From: an uncultured Elusimicrobia bacterium
Lineage (GTDB): Bacteria; Elusimicrobiota; Elusimicrobia; UBA1565; UBA9628
Reading direction: 5' to 3'
Length of the DNA: 64,000 nucleotides
NCBI GenBank assembly: GCA_964600165.1
Contig: CAZRIP010000002.1
Location: forward strand, 16,400 to 80,399
Shown: piece after piece, positions 46,023-55,637 of the stretch
Position numbering within the stretch: the first letter of the stretch is position 1
How the letters are laid out: each line of letters opens with the position of its first letter
Notes under the pieces: model-generated
Told to the model about the DNA's origin: nothing
The model's database searches: none
The model's input: only the letters and a program-made list of their open reading frames with translations
Program-made: the position numbers and the translations under genes

Positions 46023-47143
46023 CGCGGCTTGCGCGCGAAGGCCCGCGCGGCGTCGACGACGCGGTCGACCTCGGCGTCCCGAAGCCTCGGGTGAAACGGA
46101 AGATAGAGGAACTCCCGCGCCAGACGCTCGGCGACGGGCAGGCGCCGCCGATACGGTTTGTAGAGCGCCTGGAGATGGTTGCACGACAGCCAGTCGCCCG
46201 TCTCCACGCCGCGCGCGGAAAGGGCGGCGCGCAAGGCCGCCTTGCGCCCGCCGGCGACGCGGACCGGGAAATAGTGGAGGGAGCGGCGCGCGTAGGGCTG
46301 GTCGCGGGGCGGCGCGACGGAGTCGAGCCCGGCCAAGCCCTCATGATAGCGGCGCGCGATCGCCTCGAGGCGCCCGGAGAACTCTGGCCAGCGCTCGAGC
46401 TGGCGGAGCCCGATGACGGCCGACGCGTCGCTGATGCGGTAATGATAGCCGAGCTCGGCCACCCCGCGCGGCGGCGGGAGCGGCCCGTCGGGCCCGACCG
46501 CCTGCCCCAAGCGGGCGAGGCGCGACAACCGCTGCTCCCAGGCGCGGCGGCGGTGGACGACGGCGCCGCCGTCGAGCGCGGACAGGTTCTTGAGCCCGCT
46601 GAAGCTGAAGCAGCCGAGGTCGCCCATCGAGCCCAGCGGCTTTCCTTTATAGAGGCCGTCGCCGGGCGCGGACGCGCAGGCGTCCTCGATGAGAGCCAGG
46701 CGCCGCTCGCGGGCGAAGGCGAGGATCGGGTCCATGTCGCAGGCGTGCCCGTTGAGGTGGACGACGAGGACGGCGCGCGTCCGCGGCGTGACCCGCTCCT
46801 CGAGCCGTCGCCAATCGAGGTTGCCGGTCTCCGGCTCGACGTCGCAGAAGACCGGGGTTGCCTCGTTATAAAGGATCGCGTGGCTCGTGGCCGGCACGGT
46901 GAGCGGCGTGGTCAGCACCTCGCCGCCCTCGACGCCGGCCAGGCGCAGCGCCAGGTGAAGCGCGGCCGTGCCCGAGTTGACGCCGGCCGCGAACGGCATG
47001 CCGGCGGCGCGCGCGACGCGCTTCTCGAAGAGGCGTGGATAGACTCCGGCGCCGATCCAGCCGCTTTTGAAGGCTTCGCCCAGCGCCGCGGCCTCGGGCG
47101 CGCCGAAAGTCGGCACGACGTAGCGGATGGCGGCGCGTTTCAT
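46019..47143 (-). CDS. DegT/DnrJ/EryC1/StrS family sugar aminotransferase
   Basis: VNSGTAALHLAL, LIEDACA, FSFSGLKNL (PLP Lys), LGYHYRISD, LPFHPRL. Confidence 0.9.
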   Translation of the reverse strand: MKRAAIRYVVPTFGAPEAAALGEAFKSGWIGAGVYPRLFEKRVARAAGMPFAAGVNSGTAALHLALRLAGVEGGEVLTTPLTVPATSHAILYNEATPVFCDVEPETGNLDWRRLEERVTPRTRAVLVVHLNGHACDMDPILAFARERRLALIEDACASAPGDGLYKGKPLGSMGDLGCFSFSGLKNLSALDGGAVVHRRRAWEQRLSRLARLGQAVGPDGPLPPPRGVAELGYHYRISDASAVIGLRQLERWPEFSGRLEAIARRYHEGLAGLDSVAPPRDQPYARRSLHYFPVRVAGGRKAALRAALSARGVETGDWLSCNHLQALYKPYRRRLPVAERLAREFLYLPFHPRLRDAEVDRVVDAARAFARKPR

Positions 47144-47184
47144 CGAGGGGGACTGTCCGTTGGGGATTTATTATATTACTTCGC

Positions 47185-48279
47185 GTGAAGATCGCGCTGG
47201 CGTGGCTCGATCCGTCCGATCCCACCGACCGCCGCGTGGCGGAGTCTCTGACGCGCGCGCTGCGGACGCTCGGGCACGACGTCATTTGGGTCGGCCCGCG
47301 GCGCCGGACGGGGGAGCGGGCGACCGCGCGCGTCGCCGGCGCGCGGCTTTTCCGTGTAAGCGGAGGCTCGCGCGCTCTGCTGGAGCTGCACCGGCGCGAG
47401 CGCGTCGACGTCTGGCATTGCCACGCGTTCGCGCGCTCGCACGAGGCGTTCTCGCGAGCCGCGGCGCGGGGCCGCTGGCCGCTCGTCGTCACGCTGCACC
47501 TGATCCTCAAGGATTATCTTCCGTCCATCGGCGGCGCGCGCGGCTTGCGCGCGCTCGTCGCTCCCGCGGATTTTATCGTCGCGGTCAGCCGCTCCGAGAG
47601 CGAGGAGCTCGCCGCTCTTTGTCCGGAGGCGCGGAGACGGAGCAGAGTCGTCTACAACGGCGTCCCCCGGGCCGACGGCCCGCCCGCGCCGACGCCGATC
47701 CGGACTCCCTACGCGCTGACCGTCGCGCGGCTGGCGCCTTACAAGGGGATCGACTTGCTGCTGATGGCCTTCGCGCGTCTTCGCCTCGAGCGGCCCGACC
47801 TCAAGCTCGTCGTCTGCGGCCGCGACCAGCTCGGCGGCGCGATGCCCGCCTTCGCCCGGCGGCTGGGGCTGTCCGACGCCGTGGTCTTCACGGGCGAGCT
47901 CCCGTGGCCTCGGGTGAGGGCCCTGCTCGGCGGCTGCGCGTTCTTCGCGCTGGCGTCGCGGCGGGAGAACCTTCCCGCCGTCGTGCTCGAGGCGATGGCC
48001 GAGGGCAAGGCCGTCGCCGCGTTCGCCGCGGGCGGCGTGCCGGAGCTCGTCCGCCACGGGGAGGAAGGTCTGCTGGCGCGTCCGGGAGACGTCGCCGCGC
48101 TCGGCCGCGCGATGCTCGCGCTCGCGCGAGACCCCGCGCGCCGCGCGCGCCTGGGAGCGGCCGGCCGCGCGCGCAGCCGGATTTTTTCTTGGGAGCGGGC
48201 GGCGCGCGAGTACGTCCGGCTTTACGTCCGGGCTTCGGCCAAGCGGCGCAGGGCCGCAGGGACGCGCTCGAAGAAGTAG
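47185..48279 (+). CDS. Glycosyltransferase family 4
   Basis: VVYNGV, VARLAPYKGID, FFALASRRENLPAVVLEAMA, GGVPELV. Confidence 0.88.
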   Translation: MKIALAWLDPSDPTDRRVAESLTRALRTLGHDVIWVGPRRRTGERATARVAGARLFRVSGGSRALLELHRRERVDVWHCHAFARSHEAFSRAAARGRWPLVVTLHLILKDYLPSIGGARGLRALVAPADFIVAVSRSESEELAALCPEARRRSRVVYNGVPRADGPPAPTPIRTPYALTVARLAPYKGIDLLLMAFARLRLERPDLKLVVCGRDQLGGAMPAFARRLGLSDAVVFTGELPWPRVRALLGGCAFFALASRRENLPAVVLEAMAEGKAVAAFAAGGVPELVRHGEEGLLARPGDVAALGRAMLALARDPARRARLGAAGRARSRIFSWERAAREYVRLYVRASAKRRRAAGTRSKK

Positions 48280-49094
48280 CCCGCGTCGGCCGACGAGACC
48301 TCGGGAGACGGCAGCGCGCGGCCCGGGGCGCGGCGCGCGAGGTCCGACAGTATCACCGGCAGGAACGCGCGCTCGGCCCGGCGCTGATCGGGCCGGTACG
48401 CGCCGGGCTTGGAGCCGGGCGTCCGGCGCTGGCGGTAGCGGACCCAGGCGCCGGGATGGACGGCGACGGGCCAGCCGGCCGCGACGCTCCACATCAGGAA
48501 GTTGTCCTCGTAAACGGGATTCTTGCTGGCCGCGCGGGAAAACCGCGCCGCGGCCAGCATCGCCTCGCGCCGCAGCAGGGAAGCGCTCGTGCGCGGCTCC
48601 GTGTTGTGGCCGCTGCTGAGAAAATTTTGCAGCAGCTCGCCCGGCGCGAAAATCTTGGCGCGAGCCGACGGCATCGCGTGCGTAAAACCGCGCCTGCGCG
48701 GCCGCTCCGGGAACCAATAGACGGCGGGGCCGTAGCTCAGGCCGACGCCCCGGGCGGCGACGGAGCGCCAGCGGCGCAAGTGGCGCGCGAGATAGTCCCG
48801 CTCCCAGACGTCGTCGGCGTCGAGCAGGGCGATGACCGGCGCGCGCGCGCGCCGCGCGCCGAGCAGGCGGGAAGCGAACGCGCCCAGGTGAGCGCCGCCC
48901 GGGTGGCGCAGCATACGCGCGCGCGGCTCGCCCGCCGCGAACGCGCGCGCGATGCCCGGCCCTCCGTCGCGGGAGCCGTCGTCGACGACGAGCAGCTCCC
49001 AGTCGCGGAAGGTCTGGGCCCGGACGCCGTCGAGCGTCTGCGCGAGGAACCGGGCCTTGTCGAAAAGCGGGATCACGACGGAGACCGCGGGCAT
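48222..49094 (-). CDS. Glycosyltransferase family 2
   Basis: VSVVIPLFD, VVDDGSRDG, ALLDADDVW, YEDNF. Start at ATG 49094. Confidence 0.85.
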   Translation of the reverse strand: MPAVSVVIPLFDKARFLAQTLDGVRAQTFRDWELLVVDDGSRDGGPGIARAFAAGEPRARMLRHPGGAHLGAFASRLLGARRARAPVIALLDADDVWERDYLARHLRRWRSVAARGVGLSYGPAVYWFPERPRRRGFTHAMPSARAKIFAPGELLQNFLSSGHNTEPRTSASLLRREAMLAAARFSRAASKNPVYEDNFLMWSVAAGWPVAVHPGAWVRYRQRRTPGSKPGAYRPDQRRAERAFLPVILSDLARRAPGRALPSPEVSSADAGYFFERVPAALRRLAEART

Positions 49095-49125
49095 CGGCCT
49101 ATGATAACATACGCTCCGCTCCGCC

Positions 49126-49764
49126 ATGCTCCGACGCCGAAAAGACCGCGCTCTCGCCGTGCCGACGCAGGCGCGCTCGCGCTACCGGATGGAGGGCTAT
49201 CGCTACAGTCCGGTGCTCGACCCCTGCGGGGGCCGGCGCAGCCGCCTGGGGCAGCGGCGGTTCGACGAGACCTTGACCCTCGTCGCCGGCCGGCGCTTCC
49301 GGAAGGTCCTCGAGGTCGGGTGCGAGGAAGGCCGGATGCTCGAGCGCTTGGCGCCCCTGTGCGACGGCGCCCTGGGCGTCGACCTGTCGGAGGGCGCCGT
49401 CCGCGCCGCGCGCAAGCGCCTGAAAGACCGGCCGCACCTGCGGTTTTTGGCCGGCAACTTCCTGACGCTCGAGCTTCCCGGCGACTTCGATCTCGTCGTC
49501 TGCGTCCACGTGATCACCGACTTCGAGCCGCTGATCCAGCGTCGGCTGGTGGAGCGGATGCGCGAAAGGCTCGCGCCCGGCGGGCTTTTGCTCTGCACCG
49601 TCACCGACAAGCCGTTCGCGCTTTTTAACCCGGCGGCCTTCGTCCGGCTCCTGCGGTCTTGCGGCTTTCAGGTCTTGGCGCGGCGCTCGTTCGACACTTC
49701 GGTCCCGAAGTCGGTCTTCGGCAACCGCGCGATCCTCGCGCGCAAGGCGAAGGCCTCGGCGTAG
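49126..49764 (+). CDS. Class I SAM-dependent methyltransferase (NodS-like)
   Basis: VLEVGCEEG (motif I), GVDLS, FDLVVC..V, LAPGG.L. Confidence 0.8.
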   Translation: MLRRRKDRALAVPTQARSRYRMEGYRYSPVLDPCGGRRSRLGQRRFDETLTLVAGRRFRKVLEVGCEEGRMLERLAPLCDGALGVDLSEGAVRAARKRLKDRPHLRFLAGNFLTLELPGDFDLVVCVHVITDFEPLIQRRLVERMRERLAPGGLLLCTVTDKPFALFNPAAFVRLLRSCGFQVLARRSFDTSVPKSVFGNRAILARKAKASA

Positions 49765-50372
49765 GAAGCTCCGGGCGACATCAGCGCGCGCGCGGCGCCG
49801 GTGAAGACGGCGTCCTTCACGTAGTCCCTGTAGCGCAGCTGGCTGCGATAGAGGCGCAGCGCGGCGAGCTTGCGCCCGAAGGCCGCGCCGACGTCGAGCA
49901 AGGCGTCCGGCCGCCGCTGGAGGAAGCCGATCTCGTAGCGGCAGTCGACGAACCGGGGGCGCGGCCCCGCGGCCGCCGCGAAGGCGCGGGCGAGGGCGCG
50001 GTGGTCGGGGTGCGGATCGTTCTCCGCCGGACGATAAACGACGGCCGGCGCCTCGGCCTCGAGCAGGGCGCGCAGTCGCCGTCGCAGCGCGGCGTCGTCC
50101 TCGAGCGCGCCGTCCGGATAGCCCCAAAATTCGAGCGACGGCCTTCCCAGCGCGCGCGCGGCGCGGCGTGCCTCGCCGCGGCGGAGCTCGCGATAATCGC
50201 GGGCGCGATAGAGCCCGCGCGGATCGCCGGCGGCGCCGTCGGTGACGACGACGACTTTCACCGGATCGCCGCGGAGGCGGTGCAAGACGACGGCGCCGCC
50301 GCAGCCGAGCGTCTCGTCGTCGGGATGGGCGGCCAGGACGAGCGCGCGGCCGCGCGGAGGTCGCCAGCTCAC
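49668..50372 (-). CDS. PIG-L / LmbE family deacetylase
   Basis: C-terminal half of ORF 49668..51104 from GTG 50372: AHPDDETLGCGG, VVTDG, RRGEA, HPDH, KLAALRLYRSQL. Confidence 0.85.
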   Translation of the reverse strand: MSWRPPRGRALVLAAHPDDETLGCGGAVVLHRLRGDPVKVVVVTDGAAGDPRGLYRARDYRELRRGEARRAARALGRPSLEFWGYPDGALEDDAALRRRLRALLEAEAPAVVYRPAENDPHPDHRALARAFAAAAGPRPRFVDCRYEIGFLQRRPDALLDVGAAFGRKLAALRLYRSQLRYRDYVKDAVFTGAARALMSPGASYAEAFALRARIARLPKTDFGTEVSNERRAKT

Positions 50373-52192
50373 CGTAAGACTTTCTCGCGGCGCCGCGCCG
50401 CGCCGAGCAGCCCGGCCGCGATCCGCGAGTAGTGGTCCGACTCCGCGTCGAGCGGGCGCGGGGCGCTCAGGGACGTCCGGTGCTCGTCGCGAAAGAAGCG
50501 CTCGAGCGCGGCCGCGTCGGGCCGGGTCACGGTGCTGAGCATGGACCCCAGATGCACGCGGTAGGCGGCCAACGCTTCGGGCACGAGCAGCCCGCTGCCG
50601 CCGGCGCGCGCCAGCCGCAGCCAGAAGTCGTAGTCTTCCCAGCCGGTCGACAAGTCCTCCCGATAGCCGCCGACGCGCCGCCATTCGGAGCGGCGGACGA
50701 GGGCCATCGCGTCGATGTAGTTGCCGGTCCGAAAGGCCGCGGGGTTCCACGGCCTCGTGTTCATCAGGCCGTCCTCGTCGCCGAAGAGCTTGAGGTGGCT
50801 GTAAGCGAAGGAAGCCTTCGAGGAGTCCAGCGCGCGGACGAGCTTCTCGAGGCACGTGGGGAAGATCAGGTTGTCGGCGTCCAGCACGAAGACGAGGTCC
50901 GTCCGGGCGCGCGCGAAGGCCGCGTTGCGCGAGCGCGCCAAGCCCTGGTTGACGCGGTGGCGCAGCAGCTCCGCGCGCGCGAAGCGCGCGCCGCGGCGCT
51001 CGAGCCAGCGCAAGGCCGCTCGATCCGAGCCGTCGGAGGAGGCGTCGTCGACGACGACGAGGTCGAGCGCGCGCAGCGTCTGCGCCCGCGCCGACTCCAG
51101 GCAAGGCGCGATGAAGCGGCGGTAATCATGGAGGGTCACCGCGATCGTCGCGCGCGGGACGGCGCCGGCGCGGCGGCGGCTCCAGACGACCTCCGCCTCG
51201 GCGCGCCGCGACGTCGCGCGGGGCGCCGGAGCCGAGACGACCGGCGGGGCGCCGTCGGCCGAAATCCGAGCGAGCAGCGGCGGCAGCAGGTCCGAGAGCC
51301 GGCAAGAGCGGCGATAGGCTTCGAGCCCGCGGCGGGCGATGCGCGCGGCCTCGAGGCGGCCGCGCCGCGTGTCGAGATAGCGGCGCAGCGTTCCGGGGAT
51401 GTCGGCCAGCGGAGCCTCGACGAAGTGGACTCCGGGCTCGAACGGCGGGCCGGGGCTGGCGAGCTCGCTGACGACGAGCGCTCCCTGACCGATGCCGTGG
51501 ACGGCGAGGCGGTGCCACTCGAAGTAGCGCGCGTGGTCGCGGTGGACGTTGAGCACGATCTTCGCGTCCCGCGCCAGCGCGAGCAGCGCGGACGTGCCGA
51601 GCGGCGCCGTCTCTCGGGTGACGGGCCGCGAGACGTCGACGAGATGGAACCGTCCGCGATGCCGGGAAAGGGCCTCGGCCTCGCGGCTGAAAAAGCGCTC
51701 GCGGCGGGCCGTGCGGCCGCCGACGAAGAGGACGTCGATCGAGCGGCGCGCCCACGGACGCGCCGCGGGCTTCGGAGAAAAAAGCTCGCAGCTCGGCGCC
51801 CAGCCGAGCGGCAGGTGCGCGCAGGGCCAGCCGGCTTGAGCGAGCTCCCGCGCGTGGCTCCAGTCCAGGTCCCACAAGGCGCGCGCCTTCGAGAAGACGC
51901 GCCGGGCGAGCGGATACCACGGCGAGGACGGCTGCTCGGTGTTGTAGAGGACGACGCGGTCGGGCCATTCGGCGGAGCGCAGCGCGCGGCCGGCGCCCAT
52001 GTAGAAGAATTCGTGCGGCGCGACGACGAGATGGACGTCGGCGCCAGGCTCGAAGCCGCGCCGCTCGTCGCGCTCGACCACGGCGCAGCCGGACTCACGC
52101 AGGCCGCAGGCGAGCAAGCGCGCGATCTCGGCGAAGAAGTAGTTGCCGAGCGAGGAGCGGTAGACGGCGACGCGAGTCCGGTGGGAAGGCAT
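50369..52192 (-). CDS. Bifunctional glycosyltransferase (N-terminal GT-B/CgeB-like domain plus C-terminal GT2)
   Basis: N-half YNTEQP, IDVLFVG, KIVLNVH, FEWHR, LVVSE. C-half VVDDASSD, NQGLARSRN, LDADN, WEDYDFWLR. Confidence 0.8.
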   Translation of the reverse strand: MPSHRTRVAVYRSSLGNYFFAEIARLLACGLRESGCAVVERDERRGFEPGADVHLVVAPHEFFYMGAGRALRSAEWPDRVVLYNTEQPSSPWYPLARRVFSKARALWDLDWSHARELAQAGWPCAHLPLGWAPSCELFSPKPAARPWARRSIDVLFVGGRTARRERFFSREAEALSRHRGRFHLVDVSRPVTRETAPLGTSALLALARDAKIVLNVHRDHARYFEWHRLAVHGIGQGALVVSELASPGPPFEPGVHFVEAPLADIPGTLRRYLDTRRGRLEAARIARRGLEAYRRSCRLSDLLPPLLARISADGAPPVVSAPAPRATSRRAEAEVVWSRRRAGAVPRATIAVTLHDYRRFIAPCLESARAQTLRALDLVVVDDASSDGSDRAALRWLERRGARFARAELLRHRVNQGLARSRNAAFARARTDLVFVLDADNLIFPTCLEKLVRALDSSKASFAYSHLKLFGDEDGLMNTRPWNPAAFRTGNYIDAMALVRRSEWRRVGGYREDLSTGWEDYDFWLRLARAGGSGLLVPEALAAYRVHLGSMLSTVTRPDAAALERFFRDEHRTSLSAPRPLDAESDHYSRIAAGLLGAARRREKVLR

Positions 52193-52237
52193 GGCGGCTA
52201 CGCCATTCTATGACGTGGCCGGACGAGTGTCAAACGC

Positions 52238-53722
52238 CTAAGGCGCGGCCGCCGCGAGGACGGCTCCGTCGGGCGTCCGCGCGAGCGTCTTGAGCGGCAG
52301 GAGGTCCTCGAGCTCCCGGCGCGAGGGCATGTCGTACGAATCCTCGGACTCGTCGAAGAGAAGCAGCACGGCGCGTCGTTCGCGCAGCGCGGCGGCCAGC
52401 TCTCGCAGCTCCCCGTCGTAGCCGGGGTTGGAAGCGCCGGTGTCGAGACGCGTCTTCTGCGGGAGGAGCGCCGCCCCGCGTTGCGCGTAGACGAGCAGCG
52501 GCGCCGCGGCGTTCGTGTAGACGACGGCGTCGCTCGGCGCCTCCTTGGCCCAAGCGACCAGGGCGGAGTTTTTCCACCGGGCGGCGGCGTAGCCGAGCGC
52601 CGCGTCCGGAAAACGATCTCGCCAGCGCGCGGCCTGCCGCAGCTGGCTCGCCGCGAGGACGGCGGCGAGCGTCCAGACGCAGGCGCGCGCGGCGGCGCCG
52701 CGGCGGCGGCTCAGGCGCGCGGCGCGCGCCGCGAGCACGGCCAGCAGGATCAGATGCAGCGGCGCGAAATAGCGCGAACTTTCGGTCAACATCGCGGGCT
52801 CGGTCACGCAAAGCATCGCGGCCATGAAGGCGGCGTAGGCGAGGGCGAAGACGAGCGGCGCCTCCTCCTCCGCGGCGGACGGCGCGGCCGCCAGCAGCGC
52901 CGCGGCCAAGAACGGCGGCAGAGCGCGCGCCCACGGCGACGCTCCATCCTGCGTCGCCCACGTCAGCAGAGTCTCCTTGGCGAAGCGCGCGTTGGCGGAG
53001 GTCCACGGCGAGGTGTAGAACCATTCTCGCGACGTGAAGCGGCCGGCCGCGCCGCGATTATGGAGGAGCCATAGGCCGATGGGGGCGCCGGCCCCGAGCG
53101 CGAACGCCGTCGCGTCGCGGACGCCGCCCCGGCGCTTGCGGGCGACGAGCAAGGCTCCGGCGGGGATCCAGGCGACGCCCGCGAACCGCACGAGAACGGA
53201 CAGGCCGACGGCGAGCGCGGCAGCGGCCGCCTTCCACGCCTTCGGCCGCTCGGCGTCGGAGGACAGAAACGCGAGCGCGAGCAGCGTCAGGAAGATGAAC
53301 AGCGGCTCGGAAAGGATCGTGGCATGGACGAACAGCGCGTCCACCGCGGCCGACGCGAGAACGACGACGGCGAGCGCCGCGCCCGGCGCGCGCGCGGACC
53401 AGCGCCGCGCGAGCCAAGCGGCGAGCGCGAGGTTCGCGGCCAGCAGCGCGGCGTTGAGGCCGCGCGCCGCTTCCAGCGCGCCCGCGCCGCTCGCGAGGGC
53501 CAAGTGCAGCGCGAACGGAAATCCCGGAGGGAAGCGCAGTTCCGGGGCCGGCGCGCCGAGAGGCGACGGGATCGTGAAGCCCAGGCCGGCGCGCAGGCGG
53601 CGCGCCGTGGCGATATAGATGTCTCCGTCGGCGAACCACGCCGCGCCGCGCGACGTCATCGTCCACAGAGAGCGCACGGCCGCGCCGATCGCGAGCGCGA
53701 CGGCGGCGGTCTCAAGCCTCAC
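52238..53722 (-). CDS. Multi-pass membrane GT-C fold (ArnT/PMT-like) glycosyltransferase
   Basis: DGDIY after the first TM, FPPGFP, ILSEPLF, VRFAG, and a periplasmic C-terminal alpha/beta domain. Confidence 0.6.
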   Translation of the reverse strand: MRLETAAVALAIGAAVRSLWTMTSRGAAWFADGDIYIATARRLRAGLGFTIPSPLGAPAPELRFPPGFPFALHLALASGAGALEAARGLNAALLAANLALAAWLARRWSARAPGAALAVVVLASAAVDALFVHATILSEPLFIFLTLLALAFLSSDAERPKAWKAAAAALAVGLSVLVRFAGVAWIPAGALLVARKRRGGVRDATAFALGAGAPIGLWLLHNRGAAGRFTSREWFYTSPWTSANARFAKETLLTWATQDGASPWARALPPFLAAALLAAAPSAAEEEAPLVFALAYAAFMAAMLCVTEPAMLTESSRYFAPLHLILLAVLAARAARLSRRRGAAARACVWTLAAVLAASQLRQAARWRDRFPDAALGYAAARWKNSALVAWAKEAPSDAVVYTNAAAPLLVYAQRGAALLPQKTRLDTGASNPGYDGELRELAAALRERRAVLLLFDESEDSYDMPSRRELEDLLPLKTLARTPDGAVLAAAAP

Positions 53723-55454
53723 GAGCCCTCGCGAGGACGCGCCCCTCGTAGGCGCCCATGACGCGCGCGCCCGAGAGCCGCGGGTCGCCGGCCGGCAGCA
53801 AGTACCAGCGCGGATGGCCGCGGAAGCGCCGCATGTAGTCCTCGAAGGCTCCGCGGTCCACGCAGGCCGGACAGCCGAGGTTTCCTTCGATCGGCGCGGC
53901 GACGATGAAGCCGTGAGCCAGAAGCGGCCCGGCGAGCTCGGCGTCGGTCACGATCTGCTCGCGCGGCCCGACGGCGGCCAGCGCGCGGTCGAGTTCCGCG
54001 GCGGGCTCGCGCAGGCCGCGGGCCAGCGCGCTCGCGCCGAGCCCGAGCGCGCGCAGACGATAGCCGAAACAGGCCAGAGGCCCGCCGAGAACGAAGAGGC
54101 ACAGCGCGGCGCCGAGCGCGGCCGCCGCGCGGCGCGGCAGCGCCGCGAGCCGCTCGATCCAGATCGCCGACATGAGGAAACCCAGCGCGGTTCCGGGAAA
54201 CAGGAAGCGGTCGTAGTCGGGTCCGCCCCAGGTCCCTTCCCGGACGAGCGCGGCGACGGCGAATCCGGCGACAAACAGCAGCGCGCAGGCGCGCCGGCGC
54301 GCGTCGCTCCACGACGCGACGAGCGTCGCGAGAAAGACGGGCCCCCACTCGTAAAACATCGTCGCCGCGGCGCGGCGGGAGAAGAGCGGCGCGGCGCCGG
54401 TCCAGGACAACAGGATGGGCGGCCAAGCGGGGAGCGCCTGCGGCACGGGCATCGGCGAGCCGCCCAGAAAGAACGCGCGAAAAACCCCGGAGAACGACGC
54501 CGAAAGAGCCATGACGACGGCGAAAGCCGCGAGCCACGCGCCGGCCAAGCGGCCGCGCGCCCAAAGCAGCGCCAGCAGCAGCGCCGTCAGTGCGGCGCAC
54601 TCCTCGGAGGCTTGCGGCAGCGCTAGAAGGGCCGGCAGAAGAAAAGCCGGGTGCGCGGGCCTGTCTTCGCCGCCGCCGGCCGGAGGCAGCCGCGGCAGCA
54701 GCATGCCCAGCGCGAGAAGCAGCAGGGCGAAGCCGAGCACGACCGGCGGGCGCACGATCGCCTCGGCGAAGGACTGCGTCGTCAGGCCGTGCAGCACGTC
54801 CTCGACGTCGGCGGCCGGTCCCGGGCGCAGATAGATCGGCCCGAAGCCGAGCAAGAAGAAGACGCGCGCCGCTTGCCGCGCCCCCGCGCCCCTGAAAAGC
54901 AGCGCGGACAGCGCGCGCAGCGCGCAGACGACGACGGCCAACAGCGCGGCCGAGACGACGTGAAGGGCGAGATCGGCCGAGATCCCGAAAGCGCGGCTGA
55001 CCAGCGCTCCAGAACCGGTGTAGAGCCAATGATAGGCGAGAGGGAAAGACGGGTCGTTGAGCGCCGCCGGGGGAAGGTTGCCGCGCCGGATGGTCGCGAG
55101 GATCGGGTGCTGCAGGTTCGCGTCCTCGAGCGGCAGTAAGAAGATCGTCGCGGCGATGAAGGCGAACGCGGCGCCGTCGATCAGGCTCCAGCGGGCGGCG
55201 GGCAAGCGCCGGGGGCGCGAGCGCATCAGGGCCACGGCGGCCAGAGCGGCGAGCGGCGCCGCGGCGGCCAGCGCCGCGCCGAGAAGCGAGCCCGAGAAAC
55301 CGCCCAGCCAGAGGGACGCGTACCAAAGGGAGGCGAGGAAGGCCGGCGCCAGCGCGGGCCCGCGGCGGCCGAGGGCGTAAACGATCCGTCGCGTGCAGAT
55401 GAAGGCGCTCGCGCCGAAGGCCGCCGCCAGGCTCAGGGCCAGGGGAACGTCCAT
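53712..55454 (-). CDS. Multi-pass membrane protein, probable GT-C fold transferase
   Basis: More than 12 hydrophobic segments, EDANLQH...LAYHWLY luminal loop, DYDRF. Translationally coupled to 52238..53722. Confidence 0.55.
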   Translation of the reverse strand: MDVPLALSLAAAFGASAFICTRRIVYALGRRGPALAPAFLASLWYASLWLGGFSGSLLGAALAAAAPLAALAAVALMRSRPRRLPAARWSLIDGAAFAFIAATIFLLPLEDANLQHPILATIRRGNLPPAALNDPSFPLAYHWLYTGSGALVSRAFGISADLALHVVSAALLAVVVCALRALSALLFRGAGARQAARVFFLLGFGPIYLRPGPAADVEDVLHGLTTQSFAEAIVRPPVVLGFALLLLALGMLLPRLPPAGGGEDRPAHPAFLLPALLALPQASEECAALTALLLALLWARGRLAGAWLAAFAVVMALSASFSGVFRAFFLGGSPMPVPQALPAWPPILLSWTGAAPLFSRRAAATMFYEWGPVFLATLVASWSDARRRACALLFVAGFAVAALVREGTWGGPDYDRFLFPGTALGFLMSAIWIERLAALPRRAAAALGAALCLFVLGGPLACFGYRLRALGLGASALARGLREPAAELDRALAAVGPREQIVTDAELAGPLLAHGFIVAAPIEGNLGCPACVDRGAFEDYMRRFRGHPRWYLLPAGDPRLSGARVMGAYEGRVLARAREA

Positions 55455-55531
55455 TGATGGGAAGGATGATAGTATAATTGCCGCGGATTCGAGGCCGGGA
55501 ACGATGAGACCAAAGTCACGAGGGCTTCGCC

Positions 55532-55560
55532 TTGATTTCCGACGGGACGCGACCTATACT
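55532..55560 (+). promoter_or_regulatory. Sigma70-type promoter for the pilin cluster
   Basis: TTGATT, 17 nt spacer, TATACT. Confidence 0.65.
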
Positions 55561-55637
55561 TTGATCAGGAGCGGGCATTTGCCGTACAGCGCGCCGAGAG
55601 ACGGGCGGGAGCTTCACTCCCGCCGCATTGCGTTGCG

